Origin: a virus
Lineage: Duplodnaviria; Caudoviricetes
Strand: one strand, 5' to 3'
Length of the DNA: 52,059 bases
Virus record (IMG/VR): IMGVR_UViG_3300036792_000274
Coordinates: 1-52,059 of that record
Below are positions 17,147 through 26,421 of the stretch, one piece after another. Every line of letters starts with the position of its first letter. The stretch's first letter is position 1. The notes beneath the pieces were generated by a model. That model had not been told where the DNA came from. It did not search any database and was given only the letters and a program-made list of their open reading frames with translations. A program made the position numbers and the translations under genes.

Positions 17147-18814
17147 ATGCCCGATCTGACGACCAACCGCACCGACCAGGAACTCGACCCGCCCGCCCAG
17201 CACGGGTTCGTCACCATCCCGCCGGACGCGCTCGGCGAGCCGATGCGGGTGAACGTCCCCGACTTCTCCGGCGATCACTTCTTCGAGATCACCCGCTGGA
17301 GCTCGCGCGGCGCCACGCTGCCCGCCGTCGACGACGAAGTGCTGGTCGTCAAGGATGAGCGGGGCGAGGCGTGGGTGCCGTCATGGTGGCCCGCCGGCGG
17401 CGACACGCCCTCTGAAGCGCCCGTCTCCTCCGTCTTCGGCCGCATCGGCGCCGTGGTCGCCAAAGCGGGCGACTACGTGGTCGCCCAGGTCACCGGGGCC
17501 GCGAGCGCCGCCTCCGTCGAAGCCGAGGAAAAAGCCCGCGCCGCCGCGGTGACGGCCGAGGCGAAACTCCGCGAAGAAGCGGTCACCGCCGAGACGAAAG
17601 CAAGGGAAGCGGCGGTCACGGCCGAGAAAGGGCTGCGCGAAGCCGCCGACCTCCTCCTGGCGACCAAAGTGGAAGTCGCCGGGCTGCTCGCCGCGGCCGA
17701 CGCGATGATCTTCAAAGGCGTCATCGACTGCTCGGCGAACCCGAACTATCCGGCCGCCGACGCCGGCCACACCTACCGCGTCTCGGTGGCGGGCAAGATC
17801 GGCGGCGCCGCCGGCACGAACGTCGAGATCGGCGACCTTCTCATCTGCATCAAAGACGGGAGCGCCGCGGGCACGCAGGCGGCGGTCGGCGCGAACTGGT
17901 CGATCGCCCAGACCAACATCGACGGCGCCGTCACCGGGCCCGCGGCGGCGACCACGGGCGACTTCGCCACCTTCAACGGCGCGACCGGGAAGGTGATTCA
18001 GGACTCGGGCGTCTCGCTCGACACCGACAACACCCTCGCCGCCGGTTCCAACGCCCGGGTCGCGAGCCAGAAAGCCACCAAGGAATTCGTCGAAACGAAG
18101 ACCGGGTTGCTGATCCCGAAGGCGCTGGTCACCACCAAGGGCGACCTGATCGTCGCCACCGCGGCGTCGACGCCCGCGCGCCTGGCGGTCGGGGAAAACG
18201 GCCTCGTCCTCACCGCCGACTCGACGCAGGCCGCCGGGGTCCACTGGGCGGCCGCGCCGAGCTCGCCGCTGCCGACCGGCGTGAAGGACTGGGGCCTCGT
18301 CGAAACGCTGCCGGCGTCGCCGACCAAAGGTGACCGCTGCTTCTTCTTCGCCAACAAAACCGCGGGCATCGTGTGGAACCTGATCTATGACGGCGAAGGC
18401 ACCTACCCGTGGAAGAAGGTCGGCGGGCCGCCCCTGCGCAGCCAGTACCTCACGACCGAATCGCTTTCGACCGAATCCGAAACGCCGCAGACCACCAACG
18501 CGCCGTCGATCACGCTGCCGGCGATCAAAATGGAAGCCAACGTCGAATACGGCGCGAACGTCGCGTGGGCGCTGACCGCCGGCGCCGTCGCGCGCATGAC
18601 GCTCTGGGTCGCGGGCGTCGCCGTGACCACCAACGACAAATTTGCCGAGGTCGGAATCGCGACGGGCGGCACGATCGGGCCGATCAGCGGCGGCGGCCCG
18701 CACACCTTCACCGCCTCCCAGACGGTCCAGGCGCGCTATGCGCGAATCCTCGCATCCGGCAAAGTCGAATTCTTCGGACCCTTCGTGTCGGTCGACCCGA
18801 TCCGTGTAGGCTGA
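17147..18814 (+). CDS. Baseplate spike OB-fold fused to fibre-like domains
   Basis: N-terminal LPAVDDEVLV...AWV; PVSSVFGRIGAV, 11-aa coiled repeats, TTKGDLIVA..PARLAVG fibre motifs. Confidence 0.7.
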   Translation: MPDLTTNRTDQELDPPAQHGFVTIPPDALGEPMRVNVPDFSGDHFFEITRWSSRGATLPAVDDEVLVVKDERGEAWVPSWWPAGGDTPSEAPVSSVFGRIGAVVAKAGDYVVAQVTGAASAASVEAEEKARAAAVTAEAKLREEAVTAETKAREAAVTAEKGLREAADLLLATKVEVAGLLAAADAMIFKGVIDCSANPNYPAADAGHTYRVSVAGKIGGAAGTNVEIGDLLICIKDGSAAGTQAAVGANWSIAQTNIDGAVTGPAAATTGDFATFNGATGKVIQDSGVSLDTDNTLAAGSNARVASQKATKEFVETKTGLLIPKALVTTKGDLIVATAASTPARLAVGENGLVLTADSTQAAGVHWAAAPSSPLPTGVKDWGLVETLPASPTKGDRCFFFANKTAGIVWNLIYDGEGTYPWKKVGGPPLRSQYLTTESLSTESETPQTTNAPSITLPAIKMEANVEYGANVAWALTAGAVARMTLWVAGVAVTTNDKFAEVGIATGGTIGPISGGGPHTFTASQTVQARYARILASGKVEFFGPFVSVDPIRVG

Positions 18815-18818
18815 GGAC

Positions 18819-19142
18819 GTGGCCGATCTCTCCGAAAGCGCCTACACCGAAGAACCCGTCGCCGAAGCCTGCGAACTCACCGAGCTCCAGCTTGCGGCGC
18901 TGATCCTGCCCCGCGACCAGGAGCTCGACGAGGGCGACCAGGCGCTCTACGACGCCGCGGTGGAAAAGGTCGACGGGATGCTGAACCTTGCCGTCGCCAC
19001 CCGCGAAGGGAAGAAATGCGGCGCGCAGGGCTGCACCGAAGAAGCGGTGCTGCTCATCAAGACGGCCGATGGCACCACCCAGTCGTGCCGCATACATCTC
19101 GGCCAGCTGGTCGAGGGCGCCTGCGAAGTCACACCGCTCTGA
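18819..19142 (+). CDS. Hypothetical protein, acidic, Cys-containing
   Basis: GAGG before GTG; tiling. Confidence 0.6.
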   Translation: MADLSESAYTEEPVAEACELTELQLAALILPRDQELDEGDQALYDAAVEKVDGMLNLAVATREGKKCGAQGCTEEAVLLIKTADGTTQSCRIHLGQLVEGACEVTPL

Positions 19143-19165
19143 GGGTCCAAGGGGACGGCTAGGCT
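19142..19165 (+). promoter_or_regulatory. Late-type leaderless promoter of wedge genes
   Basis: AGGGTCC-N11-TAGGCT, GTG 19172. Confidence 0.5.
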
Positions 19166-19171
19166 GGGCGG

Positions 19172-19489
19172 GTGGAAGCGCCCGTCATCCCCAAGCTGAA
19201 GGTGCCCTTGCAGATGGGCGTCAACGGCCTCGCCACGGTCGAGCAGGATTCCGTCGACGACGTGGCCCAGTGCGTCTACATGCTGCTCGCCACGCCGCGC
19301 GGCGAGCGCCTGGAGGAGACGGACTACGGGGTCGAAGAAATCGCCTGGGACGGCTTCCCGGTCGATCTCGACGAATGGCTCACGCAGATCACGATCTGGG
19401 AGCCGCGGGCGACGATCGAAACGCAGGACCAGCTTGAAGGGCTGCTCGAGCGGCTGACGATCGACGTGGGGCTGAAACAGCAGTCATGA
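19172..19489 (+). CDS. Baseplate wedge gp25/gpW-like protein
   Basis: LLATPRGER...DYG and WEPR motifs. Confidence 0.88.
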   Translation: MEAPVIPKLKVPLQMGVNGLATVEQDSVDDVAQCVYMLLATPRGERLEETDYGVEEIAWDGFPVDLDEWLTQITIWEPRATIETQDQLEGLLERLTIDVGLKQQS

Positions 19490-20676
19490 CCAGCTTCATC
19501 GAGCTCCCCCTCATCCTCCAGAACGCCCAGCTGAAGGCCGAATGCTACGCGAAGATGGAAGAACAGTTCCCGGGCTGGCGACCCGATCCGGGCAACCCGG
19601 AGAAATGGTTCATCGACGCGATGATCGACCGGCTGACGGTGCCGCTCTCCCAGCTGGCCGCCGATGTCGCCGCCGAACTCTTCAACCAGTACGGCCAGCA
19701 GATCGTCAAGGTGATGCCGATCGAAGCGACCCCGGCGAAGGTCGCGTCGACCTGGCGGGTCAAGGACAAAGCGGGCTACGAAATCCCGGCCGGGACGCAG
19801 GTGTTGGTCCCGACCAGCGGCAACACCGCCGAAGGGTTCCGCGTCGTCAACACGGTCGTCGTGCCGAAAGAATCGGAAGCGACCGAAGCCGGCCAGGTGC
19901 TCCTAGAAGCCCTCGAACCGGGCTCGGCCGCAAACCATCTCTCCGGCGAAGCGCGCCTGGAATCGACGCTCGAACTCCTCGCCCCCGAAGAAGGAATCAC
20001 GCTGGTCGGGGAAACCGAGGGCGGCGAAGACGCCGAGGAACCGGAAGCGTTCCTCTCCCGCCTGGCCGAAACGATGGAAACGCTGGCGCCGCGGCCGATC
20101 ATCCCCCGCGACGCGGCGATCCTCGCCCGCAACATCCCCGGCGTCCACCGCTCCGTGGCGCTGGACATGTTCAACCCCGAAATCGACAATCCCAACGAAC
20201 CGGCGACGTGGCTGAGCGAACGCACCCTGTCGGTCGTCGTCTGCGACGTGGCGGGGGAACCCTGCACGGAAGCGGTCAAACTCGCGGTCGAAGAAGACCT
20301 CCAGAGCAAGCGCGAGGTCAACTTCATCTTCTTCGTGCTCGACCCGACGTACACCGTGATCAAGGTGAAGTGGTCGGTGGTCCCGCTCCCCGGCTACGAC
20401 AAAGCCGCGGTCAACGAAACGCTCAGTGCCGCGTTCCTCGCCGCCCTCTCCCCGGCGAACTTCGGTTCCGACCCGACCACCGACGAACGTTCCTGGCTGC
20501 GCCGCGAAAAACTCTTCTACCAAGACCTGATCACGGTCGGGAACAACCAGCAGGGCGTCGACCACTTCACCGAACTGAAAATCGGCAAAGAAGGCGGCGC
20601 CTACGGGGAAGCGGACATCGCCCTGACGGGTCCCGCCGCCCTGACGCGCGCCGGCAAACTCGAACCGGCGGCCTAG
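19486..20676 (+). CDS. Baseplate J-like protein
   Basis: IPAGT, GGEDAE, NIPGV motifs; synteny. Confidence 0.88.
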   Translation: MTSFIELPLILQNAQLKAECYAKMEEQFPGWRPDPGNPEKWFIDAMIDRLTVPLSQLAADVAAELFNQYGQQIVKVMPIEATPAKVASTWRVKDKAGYEIPAGTQVLVPTSGNTAEGFRVVNTVVVPKESEATEAGQVLLEALEPGSAANHLSGEARLESTLELLAPEEGITLVGETEGGEDAEEPEAFLSRLAETMETLAPRPIIPRDAAILARNIPGVHRSVALDMFNPEIDNPNEPATWLSERTLSVVVCDVAGEPCTEAVKLAVEEDLQSKREVNFIFFVLDPTYTVIKVKWSVVPLPGYDKAAVNETLSAAFLAALSPANFGSDPTTDERSWLRREKLFYQDLITVGNNQQGVDHFTELKIGKEGGAYGEADIALTGPAALTRAGKLEPAA

Positions 20677-20678
20677 CC

Positions 20679-21302
20679 GTGCCCGCGCCCGAAGCCTCGC
20701 CGGCGGCGCTCGAGCTCTACGAAGCGCTCGACCCGGCGCTGACGAGGCCCGACCCCGACTTCGACTACGCCTGCCTCAAAACCTGCATCGCCCTCACCAC
20801 GGGCAACATCGACCTGATCCACGAAATCGTCTCGGACACGCCGCAGGCGCCGGGCTGGCAGATCCTTCTCGACCCCCAGCGCTGCCCGGCCGTCTGCCTC
20901 CCGTTCCTGGGGCAGTTCGTCGGCGCGCACCTGAAGCCCGACATGACCGAGGAACAGATGAGGACCGCGATCAGCGACCCCGAGGTCTTCGGTCGCGGCT
21001 CGCCGGAGGCGATCGTCTCGGTCGCCAAGCGCAGGCTCGAAGGCACCAAGACGGTCACGTTGATCGAGCGCTACACGGGCCTCGCCTACCGGATGAAAAT
21101 CGTCACCCTGGAATCGGAGACGCCGGACCCCGCCGCCACGCTCGCCGACATCCTCGAAGAGCAGAAGCCGATGGGTATCCGCCTCTTCTTCAACGCCGCG
21201 CCCGACTGGACCTGGGAAGAGCTCATGGAAGAGAAAGCGACGTGGGATGACGTCGTGGCCGACTTCCCCACCTGGGATTCCGTCGTCACTCGCGAACTCT
21301 AA
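20679..21302 (+). CDS. Baseplate wedge protein (P2 gpI-like)
   Basis: LDPQRCP..CLPFLGQFVG, RGS..AI, KPMG motifs. Confidence 0.8.
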   Translation: MPAPEASPAALELYEALDPALTRPDPDFDYACLKTCIALTTGNIDLIHEIVSDTPQAPGWQILLDPQRCPAVCLPFLGQFVGAHLKPDMTEEQMRTAISDPEVFGRGSPEAIVSVAKRRLEGTKTVTLIERYTGLAYRMKIVTLESETPDPAATLADILEEQKPMGIRLFFNAAPDWTWEELMEEKATWDDVVADFPTWDSVVTREL

Positions 21303-21353
21303 GCCCGTCTGAGCACCGCGAGGGCGCCCGGGGGCAGAACCACCCGGAGCACG

Positions 21354-21393
21354 AAAAAGCCCCCGACGCGCGATCCTGCGGCGCGTCGGGGGC
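21354..21393 (-). terminator. Intrinsic terminator between convergent units
   Basis: 13-bp stem gcccccgacgcgc/gcgcgtcgggggc; T5 tail on minus strand. Confidence 0.8.
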
Positions 21394-21408
21394 CTGTACG
21401 GCGCGGTG

Positions 21409-21876
21409 CTAGGACTTGTCGCCCTGGCCCTCGCCGGAACCGCCCTCGCCGGAGTCGCCGGTCGACGTACCGGCACCGGCACCCGTGCCGTCGCCCGCGC
21501 CCGCGCCCTCCGTGAGATCGCCCGCGGCGGGCTCGCCGTCGCCGCTCGCGGCCGCCTCGCCGGCGCCGGGGGCGTCGTCGGTCCCGGTCACGCCGCTACC
21601 GGCGGCCGGCTCACCCGCGGGCGTGCTGCCCTCCGGGGTCCCGGTCCCGGCCGGGGTACCGCCCGCCGGGGGCGCCGGGTCGGCCGGTTCCGCGGCCGTC
21701 TCGACGGCGGCTTCGATCGCGATCTCCGGGGTCGGCTGCGCGAGCCCCAGGTCGATCGTCCCGATCTGACCGGCCTCGAGCGCCGCCGACCGGATCGTCT
21801 CGCCCGACTGCTCGTTGACGACCGCGATGTCCGTCGCCGACGTCTCCTCGTTGTACTGCACGGTGATCTTCACCAA
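21409..21876 (-). CDS. Small beta domain plus long acidic Gly/Ala/Pro low-complexity tail
   Basis: GAAGGGAG SD before TTG; terminator downstream. Confidence 0.7.
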   Translation of the reverse strand: MVKITVQYNEETSATDIAVVNEQSGETIRSAALEAGQIGTIDLGLAQPTPEIAIEAAVETAAEPADPAPPAGGTPAGTGTPEGSTPAGEPAAGSGVTGTDDAPGAGEAAASGDGEPAAGDLTEGAGAGDGTGAGAGTSTGDSGEGGSGEGQGDKS

Positions 21877-21926
21877 CTGCTCCCTTCACTGGGGGGTTGA
21901 ACTTTCGCGCCGAGCCTAGCGGCGCG

Positions 21927-22340
21927 TCAGGCGGCGAGGGGGCGAGTCGGAATCGCCACCATCGCGCGGGCGGCCCGGTCGCCAGCTTCGAGCCGGTCGG
22001 TCGCCCGGGCGAGCCGCTGGGCCCGCTCCATCGGCGTCGGGTCGCGGCCCTCGAACAGCGCGCGGAAGATCGGCTTGTCCTCTTCGAGCAGCTGCCGATC
22101 TTCGCGGAGGCTGGCGGCTTGGAACGGGTCGATCTCGCCGCCCGCCTGGCTGGGCTGCAACCGGCTCATCGCGGCGTTCCATGCGTCGTCGAACGTCCAG
22201 CCGCGGTCGCGGGCCCCCTGGAGGGTCAGCCGGGTCAGGTGGGCGGCGTTGTCGACGGGGAGTGCCAGGGGCCCGGCGCCGGCGGAAGTCAGGTCCGCCA
22301 TCAGGCTTTCCCACGGCACCTCGTCGTCGAACAGGTCCAC
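21927..22340 (-). CDS. Hypothetical protein (probable leaderless GTG start)
   Basis: TATCTT on minus strand 9 nt upstream; protein-like composition. Confidence 0.6.
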   Translation of the reverse strand: MDLFDDEVPWESLMADLTSAGAGPLALPVDNAAHLTRLTLQGARDRGWTFDDAWNAAMSRLQPSQAGGEIDPFQAASLREDRQLLEEDKPIFRALFEGRDPTPMERAQRLARATDRLEAGDRAARAMVAIPTRPLAA

Positions 22341-22362
22341 GAATCGGAAAGATAGCCGCAAA

Positions 22363-22386
22363 GGGGGCGGATTTGCCACTTATGCT
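22363..22386 (+). promoter_or_regulatory. Late-type promoter of lysis cassette, back-to-back with a leftward promoter
   Basis: GGGGGCG-N11-TATGCT; ATG 22394 opens a 7-codon uORF. Confidence 0.55.
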
Positions 22387-22419
22387 CGACATCATGCAGG
22401 GCACTCGGGAGCCGTGAGA

Positions 22420-22641
22420 ATGGTCCTTGTGAACGACAAGGGCAGGGCAGAGGAAGCGTGGACGTGGCTTTGCCGCGCCCTGGCGGTGGTCGGCTTCGGT
22501 TTCCTGCTCGCGACGACCGGATTCCAAGCGCCGATGGGGGCTTACCTACTATTGCTAGGTTTGTTCTTCGGACCCGAGGTTATCCGGGGGCAGCTGAATA
22601 TCAACAGCCGGTCGAGGAATGACGAGGATGAGCCCAAATAG
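22420..22641 (+). CDS. Two-TM membrane protein, holin-like
   Basis: Two hydrophobic segments, charged C-terminus. Confidence 0.6.
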   Translation: MVLVNDKGRAEEAWTWLCRALAVVGFGFLLATTGFQAPMGAYLLLLGLFFGPEVIRGQLNINSRSRNDEDEPK

Positions 22642-22741
22642 GCGCCACGCCCACCCGCTCGCCGGGAATCGGCTAGTCACTCTCTACGTCACGTTCGTCG
22701 TGCTCTTGGCGATACTGGCGACGCTTCTACAGCACGGATGA
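22628..22741 (+). CDS. 37-aa single-TM peptide (absent from ORF track)
   Basis: MSPNRRHAHPLAGNRLVTLYVTFVVLLAILATLLQHG; stop overlaps next ATG. Confidence 0.55.
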   Translation: MSPNRRHAHPLAGNRLVTLYVTFVVLLAILATLLQHG

Positions 22742-23124
22742 TGGCGCGCAAGCGCAAGGTCGAGCGGTTCTGGGCGCGCTACGCGGGCTCGGTCGCCTTC
22801 ATCGCGATCATCATCGTCGGCTGCATCGGGTTCGCCCGCATCGAAAACGCGCGCTATGAAAGCTGCGTCGGCGGCAACCTCCTCCGCGAAGGGCTGCGCC
22901 AGGCCGAAGAGCAGAACATCGCCACCACCGAAGCGCTGACGCCCGACCTTCTGCCGGGGCTCACGGTCGAAGAGTTCAACCTCCTCAAGCGCGAAAGCGT
23001 CGAACGCGCCGAAGAACACATCGCCAAAAACTTCGCCGACCGGCCCTGCGGGACCAAGATCAGCCTGCCGCTCACCGGGGGCGCCGTCGTCATCGGCGGC
23101 AATTCGCTCGCGTTCGGCCCGTAG
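22738..23124 (+). CDS. Single-TM membrane protein of lysis cassette
   Basis: Basic N-terminus, TM helix, helical ectodomain with Cys pair. Confidence 0.7.
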   Translation: MMARKRKVERFWARYAGSVAFIAIIIVGCIGFARIENARYESCVGGNLLREGLRQAEEQNIATTEALTPDLLPGLTVEEFNLLKRESVERAEEHIAKNFADRPCGTKISLPLTGGAVVIGGNSLAFGP

Positions 23125-23147
23125 GGGTCGCCTGCCGCCGCTACCCT
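23124..23147 (+). promoter_or_regulatory. Late-type leaderless promoter of endolysin genes
   Basis: GGGGTCG-N11-TACCCT, GTG 23154. Confidence 0.65.
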
Positions 23148-23153
23148 GCGGTC

Positions 23154-23855
23154 GTGGCCAAAAACGGCAGCGTCTCCGCCCCTCATCACCACCGCCGCCA
23201 GCTGAGCGAGGCGGCCGCCAAACGGCGACTGCGCGAGGCCCAGCACCGCGAGGAGTCGGCGCCGACGCGCCGCATCCGCAACGAGTGGAAGGGCATCGTT
23301 CGCAAGCGCGAGCATCAGCTGACCGAAGTGGTCCGGCGCCACCGCCGCGAAGAGCACCCCCACGTCGTCACCCACAAGCACCGTCCCGGCGGGCTGCACT
23401 TCACGGTCGAGGGCGGGACGCCGACCGAGCGCCTGCTCTACGCCTGCCGCTACGCGCACAAGACGGCGCGCCTGCACTACCTGGAGGGCGGCGACTACAC
23501 CCACGGCTTCGCCCTCACCAACGTCCCGAGCGACATCGACCGCTCGGACTGTTCTTGGTGGTACTGCGAACTCTTCGCCGCCTGCGGCCTCCGCGATCCG
23601 CTCGAGGGCGACACGACCCGCTTCACCGGGTCGATCCTCGAAAAGGGGCGCCCGGTCAGCCGCCGCTACGCCGAAACCCACGTCGGGGTCGCCGTCGTCT
23701 TCGGCAGCGGGGTCGGCTTCCACGTCGGGATGAGCACCGGCACCGGCCCGAACATCTGGCAGCACGGCACGCCGACCTTCCGCAAGGGCACCTTCGACGA
23801 GTTCGGCCCGGGCGTCGAAGTCCGCTACCGCGCCTTCGACATGGTGGCGAAGTGA
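23154..23855 (+). CDS. NlpC/P60-like peptidase with basic His/Arg-rich N-terminus
   Basis: SDCSW...FHVGM catalytic Cys/His pattern. Confidence 0.65.
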   Translation: MAKNGSVSAPHHHRRQLSEAAAKRRLREAQHREESAPTRRIRNEWKGIVRKREHQLTEVVRRHRREEHPHVVTHKHRPGGLHFTVEGGTPTERLLYACRYAHKTARLHYLEGGDYTHGFALTNVPSDIDRSDCSWWYCELFAACGLRDPLEGDTTRFTGSILEKGRPVSRRYAETHVGVAVVFGSGVGFHVGMSTGTGPNIWQHGTPTFRKGTFDEFGPGVEVRYRAFDMVAK

Positions 23856-24421
23856 GCACACAGCGCCCGCTCGCCGGCGACCAGCGCGGCCAGGTCCACC
23901 CCGTCGAGTTCGACGCGAAGAAGGCCGGGCATAGCTGGTCGCGCCTCTGGGCCGCCCGGTTCGTCGCCAAGTGGGAGGGGTTCTCCCCCGACGCCGTGCT
24001 CGACGAAATCGCCTTCCCTCACGTCTGGACGATCGGGTTCGGCCACACGGGCGGCGTGCAGCCGGGCGAGGTCTGGACCCGCGAGCACGCCGAAAAAGTG
24101 CTCGAGCACGACATCGGCTGGGCCGCCGCCGCGCTCGCCCAGAAGGTCACGCACCGGCTGACCGTCCGCCAGCGGATGGCCCTGATCTCGTTCGTCTTCA
24201 ACCTTGGCCCCGGAGTACTCGACGGCGAGTTCCTGCGGGCGATCAACACCGGCAAGCTGAAGCGCGCGGCCGACATGATGCTCGACTACGACCACGCGGG
24301 CGGCGTCGTCGTCGAGGGACTTCTCAACCGGCGCCGCGCCGAGCGGTGGATGATGATCCACCCGCTGCACCCACGTAACCCCCACCATCCCCCCAAACAC
24401 AAGAAACGGAGCACGAAGTGA
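23852..24421 (+). CDS. Endolysin, GH24 phage lysozyme
   Basis: WEG...D...WTIGFGHT, ALISFVFNLG, GLLNRRRAE. Confidence 0.92.
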   Translation: MSTQRPLAGDQRGQVHPVEFDAKKAGHSWSRLWAARFVAKWEGFSPDAVLDEIAFPHVWTIGFGHTGGVQPGEVWTREHAEKVLEHDIGWAAAALAQKVTHRLTVRQRMALISFVFNLGPGVLDGEFLRAINTGKLKRAADMMLDYDHAGGVVVEGLLNRRRAERWMMIHPLHPRNPHHPPKHKKRSTK

Positions 24422-24855
24422 CCAACCCTGAGTCCAACATCTCGCGCTGGGTGACGTTCCTGCTCGGCCCGCTGATCCTGCTCGCGTCGGCGTTCGTCGC
24501 CGCGAAGGCGAAACAGTGGTTCAACTACGACCTCAACCCGGCGGAAGCCGCGGCCTACTTCTTCGGCATCGTCGGCTCGGTCGGCGCGCTGATCTACAAG
24601 TGGCTGCACAACCGCGGCATCTACGAGGTCAGCAAAACCACCGGGCTCGACGAAACGCTGGTCAACCACATCGTCTCGACGGTCGAAGAAAGACTCCCCC
24701 AGGCGCCGTCCGCCCCGACCGCTCCCGCCGAGGGTGCCCCCGCGGCCGCCCACGCGCCCCCCGTCGCCGCGGCGGCCGCGCCGCCCGTCCCGCCGACCCC
24801 GGCAGCCACTCCCGTCGACGCACCGATCCCCGTACGGGACACCCCGCAGGCGTAG
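24418..24855 (+). CDS. Holin-like two-TM protein with Pro/Ala tail
   Basis: Two TM segments; directly after lysozyme. Confidence 0.65.
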   Translation: MTNPESNISRWVTFLLGPLILLASAFVAAKAKQWFNYDLNPAEAAAYFFGIVGSVGALIYKWLHNRGIYEVSKTTGLDETLVNHIVSTVEERLPQAPSAPTAPAEGAPAAAHAPPVAAAAAPPVPPTPAATPVDAPIPVRDTPQA

Positions 24856-24924
24856 TCCTCTCCGGTCGACGGCGCGGTCCTCTAGGGTCGCGCCGTCAGA
24901 CCAACCCCTCCAGAGAGGAACCCA

Positions 24925-25683
24925 GTGCTACACAGCGTCTCCCTTATCAACGAATCGTCGGTCGTCGAGGACGTCGAGGTCGCCGAGATCGCGAAGGCCC
25001 TCCAGGCCCAGGTCAACACCGACTTCGGCCCGATCTGGGGCACCAACGCCCAGATCAAGGCGGTGCCCTCGAAAACGAAACCGCCCGCCGGCACCTGGTG
25101 GCTGGTCCTGCTCGACGACATGGATCAGGCCGGCGCGCTCGGCTACCACGACCTCACGCCGGAACTGCTCCCGATCGGCAAGGTCGGCGCGAAAACCGAC
25201 CTTGAATACGGCGCCAAGGTGTCCGTCACCTGCTCGCACGAGCTCTTGGAGATGCTGGGCGATCCGCTCATCAACCTCCTGGTCGAAGACCCGCGCCATC
25301 AGCGCGTCTACGCCTTCGAGAACTGCGACGCGGTGGAGGCCGACGAACTCGGCTACGTCAAGCTGGGGCAGACCGTCAGCGACTTCGTGCTGCCGGCCTA
25401 CTTCAACGTCGACGAGGCCGGGAAGGGTCACGCCCTGTCGTTCCGCGGCAACGTGACCGAGCCGTTCGAGCTCGCCAAAGGCGGCTACCTGAGCTACCGC
25501 CCGGTCGGCGGCGCGGAATGGAAGCAGATCACCGACGCCGGCGAGATCGACCCCGACACCGCGGCGCCCGAACGGCAGCGCGCCGAGCGCTTCCCCGGCT
25601 TCCCCGAGGGCAGCCGTCGCGAGCGTCGTCTCCGCAAGTCGGCCGGCGAGCCGATGCAGGTGAGCACCGCGCACACTGCGTAG
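24925..25683 (+). CDS. Putative zincin-like metallopeptidase (HExxE)
   Basis: ALGYHD, SHELLEMLGDP, ENCDAVE, VSDFVLP motifs; own TAGGGT -10 (24883) and GAGG SD. Confidence 0.55.
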   Translation: MLHSVSLINESSVVEDVEVAEIAKALQAQVNTDFGPIWGTNAQIKAVPSKTKPPAGTWWLVLLDDMDQAGALGYHDLTPELLPIGKVGAKTDLEYGAKVSVTCSHELLEMLGDPLINLLVEDPRHQRVYAFENCDAVEADELGYVKLGQTVSDFVLPAYFNVDEAGKGHALSFRGNVTEPFELAKGGYLSYRPVGGAEWKQITDAGEIDPDTAAPERQRAERFPGFPEGSRRERRLRKSAGEPMQVSTAHTA

Positions 25684-25700
25684 TCCCGTCCGCCGGGACA

Positions 25701-25745
25701 CTTGACGGCCGGACAGGTTTTCAGCTATCTTCGGGGAGTGATCGT
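25701..25745 (+). promoter_or_regulatory. Sigma70-type early promoter with operator and +1 box
   Basis: TTGACG 25702-25707, 18 bp, TATCTT 25726-25731; GTGATCGT 25738. Confidence 0.85.
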
Positions 25746-25771
25746 TTCCAACACTCCCCGGAGGTAGCCCT

Positions 25772-26206
25772 ATGCGCGTCTCGCTCGCGGAGATCAACGC
25801 TCTCCGCAACATGGACCGGACCCAACTCGAAGATCGGGCCATCGAGGTCGGCGGTCTGATCGGCCGCGACTTCCCCACCAACGACTCCCTGCGCCTGGCG
25901 ATCATCGACTGCATGATCGACCGCGTGACGCAGCTGGAGGTCGACCACATCGACACGGCCAGCAAAGTCGGCGCCGAGCACTTCGCCGAAGCCGTCCAGC
26001 TGCACGCCCTCTCGTCGGAGCTCGAGCGGAAGGCCGACGAGGAGGAGGAAGTCGACAACCACGACGGCGCCGTCAAGCTGCGCCGGAACGCCGACCGCGG
26101 CTTCACGGCCGCCCGCTCGGCCGCGGCGATCGGTCAGGCCGGGCTCACCGCCGCGGCGCTCGGCGCGATGGCCGACGTCCTCCAAGGCTTGGGGAAAACG
26201 CTCTGA
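25772..26206 (+). CDS. Hypothetical protein
   Basis: GGAGG SD; first gene of early operon. Confidence 0.75.
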   Translation: MRVSLAEINALRNMDRTQLEDRAIEVGGLIGRDFPTNDSLRLAIIDCMIDRVTQLEVDHIDTASKVGAEHFAEAVQLHALSSELERKADEEEEVDNHDGAVKLRRNADRGFTAARSAAAIGQAGLTAAALGAMADVLQGLGKTL

Positions 26207-26421
26207 TGGCCGGGGACCTCTACACGGTCACGATCAAGTACGAGCTTCGCCACACCCGCGGCGAGTTGGTCCCGTCCATCGAGGAGGTTCAAGCGGCGCT
26301 CGAAGGCGTGGCGCCGGTCGAACACGACGAGATCAGCGTCTCGGCGACGCAGGGGCAGCGCTTTGAAGGCTGCCGCGTCGCGGTCGACGAGGTTGAGGTT
26401 CAGGAGGCGAAGACGCGATGA
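26206..26421 (+). CDS. Hypothetical protein
   Basis: TGATG overlap. Confidence 0.7.
   Translation: MAGDLYTVTIKYELRHTRGELVPSIEEVQAALEGVAPVEHDEISVSATQGQRFEGCRVAVDEVEVQEAKTR

Noticed and set aside
17147-18814. Diversity-generating retroelement targeting the fibre
   Set aside because: No reverse transcriptase ORF and no template/variable repeat pair seen
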